Source: an uncultured Chloroflexia bacterium (GTDB taxonomy: Bacteria; Chloroflexota; Limnocylindria; Limnocylindrales; CSP1-4). Taken from it: a stretch of 64,000 nucleotides of DNA. Of the stretch, positions 8,554-18,010 are shown piece after piece; positions within the stretch are counted from its first letter, which is position 1, and each line of letters opens with the position of its first letter. The notes beneath the pieces are model-generated. The model saw only the letters and a program-made list of their open reading frames with translations. It made no database searches and was not told where the DNA came from. The position numbers and the translations under genes are program-made. The stretch covers positions 162,576-226,575 of the forward strand of contig CAVYGH010000013.1 of the NCBI GenBank assembly GCA_963767945.1, given 5' to 3'.

Positions 8554-9925
8554 GTGGCGCCGGGTGGTCGACTGATGTCGGACCCCAAGGATCGTCCAGG
8601 CGGTCGCGGATCGCGTCCGCGACTACGGCGAGACGTGGAGGGCCACGTCCGTCGCCACCGAGCTCGCCGATCGCCCACGGGCCGAACGGGCCGATCCGGT
8701 CGCTCTATCGCGCCGCGGACAGGCCGCGCCCAAGGTCCTGTGGGTCGCCGTCGCCCACCGCCGGCCTCGTGGCGGCCGCGTTCGCGCGCCGAGACCAGGC
8801 CGTGGATCCGGGGCCGGCACACGACGGGCGACGTCGGATCCGGCTCGAACCAGCCGTGGAACGCCCTCGCCGAGCCACTCGACCTCGACCTCCGCTGGAT
8901 CCGCCGACTCGCGAAGCGCCTCGAACACCACCTCGCCGAGGTGACGCGGCCGCCGGCCGGCAGGCGTCCTGGGATCCGATGGTGAACGGCGCCCGCGCCT
9001 TCGCCTTCGAGGGGACGTCGACGATCCTGCCGTCACTGCGCCAGGCGGCCGCCGAAGCCCGCGTCAGGCCGGACTCGATCGACGGAGCGCGACCCGACGC
9101 CACCGACGTCCGGCGCCTCGGTGCCCAGCTGCTCGGTGAGACCGTGGACGGTCCTCACGCGCACGATCGGCGACGACCTCGCGGTCGAGATGTTCGTCGA
9201 GGCGGCGCCGCGCCGCCGCGCACGAGCTCGTGGACGCCCCGTATGCGCTGCGGGAGGCCGTCCAGGCCATGCAGCCGGGGCAGTTCGACGTCGAGACGCC
9301 CGCCTTGCCGCCGTGCGCGAGGTGTTCGGCAGCGGCTCTGGCGCTACCGCACGGGTCGTCCTGCACGGGTCGGGATCGACGCCCGTCTCGACCTGGCCCG
9401 CAGCGCGGGTCCGTGGTGGGCGCTCGACGGGCTCGCGATCGTCTCCGAGCGACCGCTGGTGGCAGCGTCGACGAGCGCGGCCGGCTCCACGCCGAGCACG
9501 GGCCGGCGCTCGCCTGGGGCGACGGGTTCGAGATCTGGGCGTGGCATGGCGTCCGGGTGGACCGGAGATCGTGCTCGACGCCCGACTCGATCACGGTCGC
9601 GTCCATCGACGCCGAGCGGAACATCGAGCTGCGTCGCGTGCTCATCGAGCGGTTCGGCGAGGAGCGGCTGCTGCGCGAGGGCGGCGCAAAGCTGGTCGAC
9701 GAGGACGCCACGGGCCGGCTCTGGCGGCGCGAGATGCCGATGTCGTGGCCGCGCGACGAGGCCGTCGTGATGGTCGAGGTCCTGAACTCCACGCCCGAGC
9801 CGGACGGCTCGCGGAAGACCTACTTCCTGCGGGTGCCACCGACGACGAGCAGCGCCCGGACAGCGGTCGCCTGGACGTTCGGGCTGCGTGGCGACGAGTA
9901 CCGGCCGGCCATCGAGTCATGAGCA
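8554..9925 (+). pseudogene. Decayed gene of unknown function. Protein-like segments are spread over all three + frames with a frameshift roughly every 50-150 nt. The clearest fragment is the C-terminal about 120 aa at 9560-9922.
   Basis: Protein-like fragments: GSNQPWNALAEPLDLDLRWIRRLAKRLEHHLAEV; SWDPMVNGARAFAFEGTSTILPSLRQAAAEARVRPDSIDG; SAGPWWALDGLAIVSERPLVAAS; DERGRLHAEHGPALAWGDGFEIWAWHGVRV; and IDAERNIELRRVLIERFGEERLL…DEAVVMVEVLNSTPEPDGSRKTYFLRVPP. They lie in successive different frames on the same strand. Confidence 0.35.
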
Positions 9926-9968
9926 CCGCGGCTTGACGGAGTCACATCGCTTTGAGCATGGTTCCGGA

Positions 9969-10211
9969 ATGGCACATGCGCGGGTGACTGCCGTGGCACG
10001 GCTCCGCGAGCGCAACCAGCTGACGCTCCCGGATGCCGTGGCCAAGGCGGCCGGGATCAGGGCTGGCGAGCGCTTCGTGGTGACGTTTGAGCCTGAGAGT
10101 CCGGACTCGCTTCGGCTCGAGCGGATCCGCAGTTCGTACGCGGGCGCCCTCAAGGACGTGTACGGCGACCCGGCTGCCTACTTGCGCTGGGTGCGCGAGG
10201 GTTGGCGTTAG
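9969..10211 (+). CDS. AbrB/MazE-type (SpoVT-AbrB fold) DNA-binding protein or antitoxin-like protein, orphan
   Basis: MAHARVTAVARLRERNQLTLPDAVAKAAGIRAGERFVVTFE resembles the looped-hinge helix (swapped-hairpin) motif of AbrB/MazE. No cognate toxin gene is evident downstream. Confidence 0.45.
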   Translation: MAHARVTAVARLRERNQLTLPDAVAKAAGIRAGERFVVTFEPESPDSLRLERIRSSYAGALKDVYGDPAAYLRWVREGWR

Positions 10212-10363
10212 CCGTCGACACGCCGGTGCGCGCGGGAACCGTCGCCAAAGGTCAGGGCTTTCGTGGACCGTATCCGGCCCGTAGAGTGCCGTCGTCGGGG
10301 AATGGACAGGGGAGTACCAATGCGACGACGGCGTGACGGTGCGGGACCCGCGCGACGGGCCTC

Positions 10364-12254
10364 GTGTTCGCGGTCGCGTCCGTCACGTTGCTGTCGCTGC
10401 TGGCGATCGTGCCCGCCGGCGTCATCGCCTCGGGCACGCAGTTCGGGCCGTACCGGGTCACGTCGGTCGGATCGGAGCCAGAGGCGGTCGCGATCGGCGA
10501 CGTCACGAGCGACGGCATCGCCGATATCGTCCTGACCACGGGTTACGCAGGCACGCCGGCCGACTTCGGGCTGTTCGTGTTCGCCGGCCTGGCCGACGGC
10601 ACGCTCGCCGCGCCGGTCAGGTACGCGACCGCGGGGACGTACCCGCAGCGGCCGGAGACCGTCGACATCGGCGACGTGGACGGCGACGGGCGGCCCGATG
10701 TCGTCGTCGGCCTCTCCGGGCTCGGCGATCCAGCTCTTCGCGCAGGCCGCGGACGGGACGCTGGGCGCGCCGGTACTTCGTCCCGAGCGCGGACAGCCAC
10801 AAGATCGCGGTGGTCGACACGTCCGCCGGAACGGCGGTTGCCGGGATCGGGTGGGGGACCGACACCGTCACGATCTTCGCCGACACGGGCGCGGGACTCG
10901 CGGTCGACCGCGACCTACCCGGCCCGGCACGATGGCTGGGACGACATCGAGGCCGGCGACGTCACCGGCGACGGGCGACCGGACATCGTCGTGATGTCCG
11001 GCCAGGGCCTCGTGCCCAACCTCAGCGTGCTCCCGGCGCTCGCGGACGGAACATTCGGCACGGCGGCCGAGTACGCGGTCGGCGACAACCAGCTCACGCG
11101 GGGAATCGGAATCGGCGAGGTGAGCGGCGACGGGCGGGACGACGTCGTCGCGGCCTACGGCGGCAACAGCCCGAACGGGCGGCTGGGGATCTTCGCCCAG
11201 GCGCCGACGGGAGCGCTCGACGCGCCGCCGATCCCGTACCAGAGCTACGACATCCCGGGTGCGGTCGAGGTCGTCGGACGTCAATCGGCGACGGATGGTC
11301 CGAGGCGATCGTCGTCCACGAGGGCTGGCTGCGCATCGGCGTGTACCGGGGCCAGGTGGGCGGACAGTTCGCCGGGGAGGACCTGTATTCCGTCCCGTTC
11401 TCGAACGGCGGCAACCCGCATGGCCTGGCCGTCGGCGACGTGACCGCGGACGGGTGGCCGGACATCGTCATCGCCGATGACCTACACGGGCTGCTGATCC
11501 TGCCCAATGTCGGGCAGTCCTGAGGCCGACGCCGACGCCGACGCCGACGGCATCGCCGTCGTTCACCTACCCGCCGCCCACGTTCCCGCCTCCGACACCG
11601 ACGCCGGCGCCGACGCCCACTCCCGTCCCCGACGCCGTCGCCCACGCCCACCCCAACGCCCACGCCGACCCCGGCGCCCGTCCCGCCGTCGGCACCCCAG
11701 TCGCTCGCGGCGAGCCCCAACCTGGCCGCCGGCGTCGGCCTCACCTGGCAGCCGCCGGCCGACGCAGGGCACGTTCCCGGTCACCGGCTACCGGATCTAT
11801 CGCGGGACGGGGGGCGCGACGCCGACGCCGCTGGTCACCGTGGGCGACGTGCTCGCCTTCACCGACGCGTCGGTCGCGAACGGGACGTCGTACCGCTACC
11901 GCGTCGCGGCGATCAGCGCCGCCGGCGAGGGGGCGGCCTCGGCGGAGGTCGCCGCCGTGCGCGGGTACCGCCCCGACCGCTCCCCGAAACCTGACGGCGA
12001 CCACGACCAAGTCCGGCATCGCCCTGACCTGGGCCGCCCCGTCGTCGACCGGCGGCACCGCGATCACCGGCTACCGCGTGTACCGCGGCACGGCGAGCGG
12101 CGGCGAGACGCTCTACGTCAGCTACGGGCCCGACGCGATCGGGATGACCGACACGAGCGTCGCCAAGCGCTCGACCTACTTCTACCGGGTCAGCGCCGTG
12201 AACGTCCTGGGTGAGAGCGCGTTCTCGGCCGAGGTCAACGCCACGGCGCGCTGA
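10364..12254 (+). pseudogene. Secreted FG-GAP-repeat protein with a PT-rich linker and two FN3 domains. Interrupted by about 6 frameshifts and one in-frame stop (or an assembly-error-ridden CDS).
   Basis: Signal peptide (VASVTLLSLLAIVPAGVIA). FG-GAP/VCBS-like calcium-binding motifs (GDVTSDGIADIV, GDVDGDGRPDVVV, GDVTGDGRPDIVV, GEVSGDGRDDVVA, GDVTADGWPDIVI) distributed over three frames. PTPTPTPAPTP linker. FN3 modules (…GTFPVTGYRIYRGTGGATPTPLVTVGDVLAFTDASVANGTSYRYRVAAISAAGEG…; …TGYRVYRGTASGGETLYVSYGPDAIGMTDTSVAKRSTYFYRVSAVNVLGES…). Stop at 12252-12254. Confidence 0.5.
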
Positions 12255-12293
12255 GGCGGACCCGAAGAGCCGGGGCGTAGACTGCCGATCGGG

Positions 12294-13223
12294 ATGAGCA
12301 GGGTCCGAATCCGGCGACTCGATCCGTGGCAGGCGCCCGGCGCCCCGGGGCGCGGCGTGCCCCGCCCAACGTCCGGGCGCCTCGCCGACCGCGTCGCCGC
12401 CGCCGGCGACCTCGACCTCGGCGCCCGGATCGGGCTCGCCGCCGACGTCCAGTCGACCGCCGGCAACGCGGCGATGCGCCACCTCGTCGGCCTCGTCCGC
12501 AGCGACCACAAGACCGACCCGCCCGGCGGCCTCGCCGAGATCATGGCCTTGAGCGGGCCCGGCAACCGCGGCCTGACGAAGACGTCCTACACGGCCAACC
12601 CGCCGCTGTTCAGGGGCGGCAAGGTGGAGCAGCAGGGCGAGAGCTGGGCGGTTCGACCCGCCTCGGTCAAGCTGCCGAAGCTCGAGCACGAGGTCTACTG
12701 GCCTGCGCCCGGCCTGCACAAGATCCGGTCGCTGGGCAAGGGCGCGCAGTTCCTCGACGTGACCGAGGACTGGTCGAAGACGCTCGGCACCGGCGAGACC
12801 GAGCACGTCACCGACAGCGATGCCGCCTACGCGATGACCTGGGGCAAGGTCGCCGCGGTGCTCAACAAGATGGCGGAGGAGAAGTTCGTGGGCTCGTCCG
12901 TCGAGGCGGCGCAGCAGTCCGCATGGCAGGCCTTCAAGAGCCGCTTGCCGGCGGGCCTGCGGCCCGAGGGTGACACGCCGACCGCCGAGGCCCAGGAGAA
13001 GAAGTGGGGGGTCGACGACAAGAACACGATCTTCCGCAAGCTCATGAACGAGACCAAGCGCGCCCGGGACAACCAGGGCTGGCACACGCCGGACCAGAGC
13101 GTGAAGGAGAACCGCGGCGACGACCGCATCGACGAGCTCTCGAAGGGCAACTCGCGGATCGGCGAGGTGACGACCGACAAGCTCATGAAGGACGCCTGGG
13201 ACCGTCTTACCGGGGGCGGGTAG
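12294..13223 (+). CDS. Hypothetical protein (309 aa) with an Arg/Ala-rich N-terminus and a Lys/Glu-rich C-terminal half. Composition differs from neighbouring genes.
   Basis: Intact ORF. N-terminal motif LAADVQSTAGNAAMRHLVGL resembles the Q/R-x-x-GN-x-A-x-x-LL motif found at the N-termini of some DUF4157/polymorphic-toxin-associated proteins, but no HExxH is present. The C-terminal half is K/E/D-rich with locally lower GC. Confidence 0.45.
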   Translation: MSRVRIRRLDPWQAPGAPGRGVPRPTSGRLADRVAAAGDLDLGARIGLAADVQSTAGNAAMRHLVGLVRSDHKTDPPGGLAEIMALSGPGNRGLTKTSYTANPPLFRGGKVEQQGESWAVRPASVKLPKLEHEVYWPAPGLHKIRSLGKGAQFLDVTEDWSKTLGTGETEHVTDSDAAYAMTWGKVAAVLNKMAEEKFVGSSVEAAQQSAWQAFKSRLPAGLRPEGDTPTAEAQEKKWGVDDKNTIFRKLMNETKRARDNQGWHTPDQSVKENRGDDRIDELSKGNSRIGEVTTDKLMKDAWDRLTGGG

Positions 13224-13279
13224 CCGGGGAGGACCGGTGGGAGCCGGGCGTGGCGACTCCCACCGACCAGATGGCCGTC

Positions 13280-14311
13280 CTACAGGACTGAGACCTGGAC
13301 CAGACCGTTGACCGCGGCGTCGACGGCGACCTGGTCATCGCCGCCGAGGGTGTCGATGTCGAGCCTGTCGCCCTCGGGGTCGGCGTGAGTGACGCGCACC
13401 GCGGCCGCCAGGCCCTCGACGCTGATCGAGCCACCGCTTGCGGTGAGGGCGATGGTGTCGACCCCGGCCGTGCCGGTGACGGCGACGAAGTCCTTCTGGT
13501 TGTCGGTCGTCGTGCCGCCGCGGACCGCCGCGAGGTCGACGTCGACGCGGGCGAGGTCGGTCCCGGTCACGTCACCGATGGTCACATGCTCATTCCCCAG
13601 GAGGGTCTGGAAGCGGATCGCCTCGACGGCGTCGAGATCCATGACGACGTTGCCGACGTCGCGGGTCACCGCGACCCGGTCGGCGTTGGCCGTGACGTTC
13701 AGGACCTCGTCGCCGTCGGACCCGGTGAAGACGAGGGCGTCGGCGCCGGCCCCACCCCGGACGACGTCCGAGCCATCGCCCGGATCCCAGGCGAAGGTGT
13801 CGTTGCCGCCGCCGAGAGACGCGGTGTCGGCACCCCCGTTGCCGTCGACGACGTCGTTGCCGCGGCCGCCGACGAGAGTCTCGTTTCCAGTGCCGCCGAT
13901 GAGGGTGTCATCGCCGTCCTGGCCCTCGATCCGCGTCGGTTTCGCGTTCGTGAAGCCGCCGTTGCCGGTGTCGATCCGGACCCGGTCGCGGCCGTCGCCG
14001 GCCTCGACGCTGATGGCCGTGAAGGACCGGAGGCGGAACACGTGGTCGGCCGACCCGTTGTCGCCGACGTCGACCTGGAGCCGGCTCGGGCGCGAACGAC
14101 TCAGGCGAAGGGTGATCAGGTCGCGTGATGGGGTTCCCGAGACGACGAGGCTGCCGTTGACGATGACGGCACTGACCGTGGACGCCGCACCGACTGGCGT
14201 CGGGGCGGTGACGAGGAGGAAGAGGAGAGCCAGCGCGGTGGCTGCCGCGGCGGCGGCGAGCCGGCGTTCGACGCCGGGCTCGGCTCGTGGGTTGTGGTTG
14301 ACGATGGACAT
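13280..14311 (-). CDS. Secreted calcium-binding beta-roll (RTX/hemolysin-type repeat) protein
   Basis: Signal peptide (AAAAATALALLFLLVTAPTPVGAAS). Tandem GGxGxD nonapeptides (LIGGTGNETLVGGRGNDVVDGNGGADTASLGGGNDTF…GGAGADALVFTGSDGDEVL). Confidence 0.7.
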   Translation of the reverse strand: MSIVNHNPRAEPGVERRLAAAAAATALALLFLLVTAPTPVGAASTVSAVIVNGSLVVSGTPSRDLITLRLSRSRPSRLQVDVGDNGSADHVFRLRSFTAISVEAGDGRDRVRIDTGNGGFTNAKPTRIEGQDGDDTLIGGTGNETLVGGRGNDVVDGNGGADTASLGGGNDTFAWDPGDGSDVVRGGAGADALVFTGSDGDEVLNVTANADRVAVTRDVGNVVMDLDAVEAIRFQTLLGNEHVTIGDVTGTDLARVDVDLAAVRGGTTTDNQKDFVAVTGTAGVDTIALTASGGSISVEGLAAAVRVTHADPEGDRLDIDTLGGDDQVAVDAAVNGLVQVSVL

Positions 14312-14380
14312 GACGTGGCTCCGGGGAGGGATGGGTGGGGGCGGAGGAAGGCCCCCACCCATCGAAAGCGGGTTGGTCTC

Positions 14381-15364
14381 CTACTTGACGGTGACCTGGA
14401 TCAGCCCGTTGACGGCCTGGGCGACCGAGACGTCGTCGTCGCCCGCGCCGGAGTCGACGACAAGGGCGTCGAACGCGGAATCCGCGTGGGTCACCCGGAC
14501 GGCGCCGGCCAGGCCATCCACCTCGACGGCATTGCCGTCAGCCGTGGCGGCGATGGTGTCCTTGCCGGCCGTGCCGGTGACGGTCACGGTGTCGGCCGCG
14601 CGGTCGCTGTCGGCGCCGTCGATCGCGCCCGCGAGGTCCACGTCGACGTTGGTCAGGTCGGTCCCCGTCAGGTCGTTGATCGTGACGCTGTCCGCCCCGC
14701 CAAGGGCCCGGACGTCGAGCGCCTCGATGCTGTTGAGGTCCATGACGATGCCGCCGGTGTTCCGGGTGAACGTGACCCGGCCGCCGTTGGCGGTGGCGGC
14801 GAAGATCTCGTTGCCGCCCGCCCCGTTGAAGATGTGGGTGTCGAATCCGCCCTGGCCCTCCACGACGTCCGAGCCATCGCCCGGGTCCCACACGAAGGTG
14901 TCGGCACCCTCGCCCAGGAACGCCGTGTCGGCCCCGCCGTTGCCGTCGACGAAGTCACTGCCGCGGCCGCCGAAGAACAGCTCGTTGCCGCTGCCACCGA
15001 TGAGCGTGTCATCGCCTTTCTCACCGTCGACCACGGTCGGCTTCGCCGTCGTAAACGCGCCGTTCGCGGTGTCGAGGCGGACGGTGTCGTCGCCGTTGGC
15101 GGCCTCGACGTCGATGGTCGCGAAGGCGTCGAGATCGAATGCGCCATCAACCGACCTGTCGTCCCCGATGTCCAGCTGAAGCAGGCTCGAGTCCGTCGCG
15201 CTGACGCGCAGCGCGATTCGGTCGGCGAACGGGGTCCCCGAGACGCGCAACGCGCCGTCGATCACCCTGGCCCTGACGGTCGGCGCGGCCGTGGCAACGG
15301 GCACCGCGATGGACGTCGCCATCGCCGCGAGCGCGGCGGCGGCGAACACTGTGTTCCGATTCAT
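14381..15364 (-). CDS. Secreted calcium-binding beta-roll (RTX-type repeat) protein, tandem paralog of 13280..14311
   Basis: Signal peptide MNRNTVFAAAALAAMATSIAVPVATA. GGSGNELFFGGRGSDFVDGNGGADTAFLGEGADTFVWDPGDGSDVVEGQGGFD. Shares the C-terminal …NGLIQVTVK/…NGLVQVSVL end with the paralog. Confidence 0.75.
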   Translation of the reverse strand: MNRNTVFAAAALAAMATSIAVPVATAAPTVRARVIDGALRVSGTPFADRIALRVSATDSSLLQLDIGDDRSVDGAFDLDAFATIDVEAANGDDTVRLDTANGAFTTAKPTVVDGEKGDDTLIGGSGNELFFGGRGSDFVDGNGGADTAFLGEGADTFVWDPGDGSDVVEGQGGFDTHIFNGAGGNEIFAATANGGRVTFTRNTGGIVMDLNSIEALDVRALGGADSVTINDLTGTDLTNVDVDLAGAIDGADSDRAADTVTVTGTAGKDTIAATADGNAVEVDGLAGAVRVTHADSAFDALVVDSGAGDDDVSVAQAVNGLIQVTVK

Positions 15365-15471
15365 CCCGAAAATCTCCTGTCCGCCATCGCTCGAGCCGGC
15401 CAGGTGTTCGCCGGCTTCGGGATGGCGTGCACAGGCCCTACGCCATCCGGGTCCGCCGCAGATTTCGGCGG

Positions 15472-15969
15472 TCAGTCGGGGAGCTCGAGCCCGCCCAGGA
15501 GCTTGCGCAGGATCCCCTCGAGCACCACGACCTCCTCCGGATCGAGACGATCCAGGAGTTGGCGATCGCTGATGGTGTTCGCCTCGACCGCGGCATCGAC
15601 GGCCTCGAGGCCCTCGTCGGTCAGCTCGATCAGGACGCCGCGACGATCGTTCGGGTCGGGGAGCCGGCGGACGTAGCCCCGGCGTTCCAGCCGGTCGATG
15701 CGGCTCGTGACACCCGCCGACGAGAGCATCAGTCCCCGGGCCAGCTGGGTCGGGGAGAGGCGATGCGGCGGCCGTGAGATCCGCAGGGCGCTCAACAGCC
15801 CGACCTCACCGCGCCCGAGGCCGAAGCGCCCGAAGACGGCTTCCTGCCGCCGGGCGAGGTGCGCACCGATGCGACTGAGGCGCGCGGTCACCTGGAGCGT
15901 GCCCACGTCGAGATCGGGGCGGATCTCGTCCCAGGAGCTGAGCAGTCGGTCCACGAGGTCATCGGCCAT
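15472..15969 (-). CDS. MarR-family transcriptional regulator
   Basis: Winged-HTH MarR pattern (…LSPTQLARGLMLSSAGVTSRIDRLERRGYVRRLPDPNDRRGVLIELTDEG…). Confidence 0.8.
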   Translation of the reverse strand: MADDLVDRLLSSWDEIRPDLDVGTLQVTARLSRIGAHLARRQEAVFGRFGLGRGEVGLLSALRISRPPHRLSPTQLARGLMLSSAGVTSRIDRLERRGYVRRLPDPNDRRGVLIELTDEGLEAVDAAVEANTISDRQLLDRLDPEEVVVLEGILRKLLGGLELPD

Positions 15970-16059
15970 GGGCGGCATTCTAGCGACATAAGTCTCATTG
16001 ACGTAAGTATCTTACCTGCGAGAGACTTATCCGGAGTAGAACAACGCAGGAGCTTAGCG

Positions 16060-16782
16060 ATGGGGACGCAAACGGCGTTCGGTGCGATGGCCGACTCAGT
16101 GACGGAGCCGGCATCGCCGATCGGCTCCGACGCGGCCCTCGTGCTCGAGCTGATCGGGGGATCGCACGAGGCGCTGGCGACGCTCTATGACCGGCACAGC
16201 GCGACGGTGTTCGCGGCGGCGATGCGGGCGAGCCGAGATCACTGGATTGCCTCGGAGGTCGTGCAGGAGACGTTTCTCGCCCTGTGGGATCGCGCGGAGC
16301 GGTTCGACCCGTCGCGGGGGTCGCTGTCCGGGTGGCTGGCGACGATCGCACGCAACCGGGCGGTCGACCGCCTGCGGGCGGATGCTCGTCACCAGCGAGC
16401 CACGACGTTCTCATCGTTCGCCGGGGCCGCGGGGGAAGACGAGTGGTCGGGTGACTGGCTCACCGCAACTGGCGAGCTGATCGGGTCTGCCGAACCGGAG
16501 CCCGCCCCGGAAGCCGCCTTTTCCGGCAAGGAGACACGTGCGGCGGTCCACGACGCAGTCGCCTCCTTGAGCCCGTGGGAACGGAGCGTGATCGAGCTCG
16601 CCTACGCGGGCGGACTGACCCAGGCCGAGATCGCGACGCGGCTGGGCTGGCCGATCGGGACGGTCAAGACGAGGACGAGGCGAGCCCTCCACCACCTTCG
16701 CGATCGGATCGAGGCATCGCCCAGCGGAACGCTGGCTCTCGCGACGCCGTGCTCGAGCGGTCTCGGGGCGCCCTGCCAGTAG
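16060..16782 (+). CDS. ECF-subfamily RNA polymerase sigma-70 factor
   Basis: Region 2 (…ETFLALWDRAERFDPSRGSLSGWLATIARNRAVDRLR) and region 4 HTH (LSPWERSVIELAYAGGLTQAEIATRLGWPIGTVKTRTRRAL). Confidence 0.8.
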   Translation: MGTQTAFGAMADSVTEPASPIGSDAALVLELIGGSHEALATLYDRHSATVFAAAMRASRDHWIASEVVQETFLALWDRAERFDPSRGSLSGWLATIARNRAVDRLRADARHQRATTFSSFAGAAGEDEWSGDWLTATGELIGSAEPEPAPEAAFSGKETRAAVHDAVASLSPWERSVIELAYAGGLTQAEIATRLGWPIGTVKTRTRRALHHLRDRIEASPSGTLALATPCSSGLGAPCQ

Positions 16783-16931
16783 GTCGCAATCGAGGCAGAT
16801 CGGCGGGTCCAAGCTGCCGGCCCCGGGCAGGTCACGACCAATGAGGGTGGCGCTGCCCGAGGATTGCGCTTTGACACATCCGCGCGCATCCTCCGCCATC
16901 GACTCCGATGGCGAGTTTGGGGAGGGCGGAG

Positions 16932-17958
16932 CATGTCGGAACGCAGGATGGCCGCCTCGATCGCGGCGAGGCTCGACCGGCTTAATTCGGCGACCAGTGC
17001 CGGCGCGGTGCCGCCGCCGATTGTGGTCACCGGGGACACATCACTCGCGATCGACCCGGGACCTCGACCAACGCCGGTGCCGAAGGCCGATCCAGCGGTG
17101 GGTCCACCTCTCGCTGACGCAACGCGGCCCCCCACGGAGGCGCATCGTCCGCATGCGCCGGGGACGGTCGTCTGCAAGGTCTGCGGCACGGCCAACAACG
17201 CTGGCGACCAGTTCTGCATGGCCTGTGGGTCATTCCTCGAGTGGTCATCACCAACAAGGGCAGGGGTGGCTGACGAGATTGCGCCGAGCGCGAGCCAAAT
17301 GCCGGCCCAACCGGTGGTCCCGCGTGACACACCACCTGAGGTCAGGGCGCAGCCATCCGCCGAAACAGCATCTCCCGAAGGCACCGTGATCTGTACGGCG
17401 TGCGGGACCCAGAACGCGTCGAGTCGCACCTTCTGCGTTCGATGCGGCACTGAACTGGCCCCGGCTGCATCCGTTGGCACGCGCCCGAGCCCCTCGCCCG
17501 GCGGTCCGTCTCAACGCGTGGATCTCGAGGGCCTTGGGGACTATGTCACCGCCTACGTCCCGACCTGGGTGGTGTCGCTCTTCCTGCCACTCTGGGGCGC
17601 GCTCATCGCAGCCGAGGCCGGTGGCAACGCCTTCGGGCAGCCCATGAAGTTCGGGATCGCGATCGCAACTGGCATCACCGCAGGCCTGTGGGTCTGGGGC
17701 GAGGGCTACCGGAAGGCACTGGCCGAACAATCACGACGACCTCGCCCCGTTCGGTTCCGTCCGATCGATGCCTTGCGAGTCGGCGCCTGGGAGGTGTTTG
17801 CAGCCACGATCGCGGCGTTCGCCTGGGCCACGGCCGCGCCGTCCAGCTGGGCGAGCTTCAGCAGCGCGTTCTGGCCCCTTGCGACCGTCATCCTCGCGGC
17901 GGTCGTGCTCGGGATCGCCGGGAACTTCATCGCCCCGCTCGAAGGTGAGCCGACCTAG
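16932..17958 (+). CDS. Putative anti-sigma factor: double zinc-ribbon protein with C-terminal transmembrane segments
   Basis: Immediately downstream of the ECF sigma gene. Two CxxCG…CxxCG zinc ribbons (CKVCGTANNAGDQFCMACGS; CTACGTQNASSRTFCVRCGT), followed by several hydrophobic helices. Confidence 0.6.
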
Positions 17959-18010
17959 CTGCCCGATCCGGTGGACGAGGCGCGGCGTCGGATCGACCGG
18001 GCAGAGCCGA

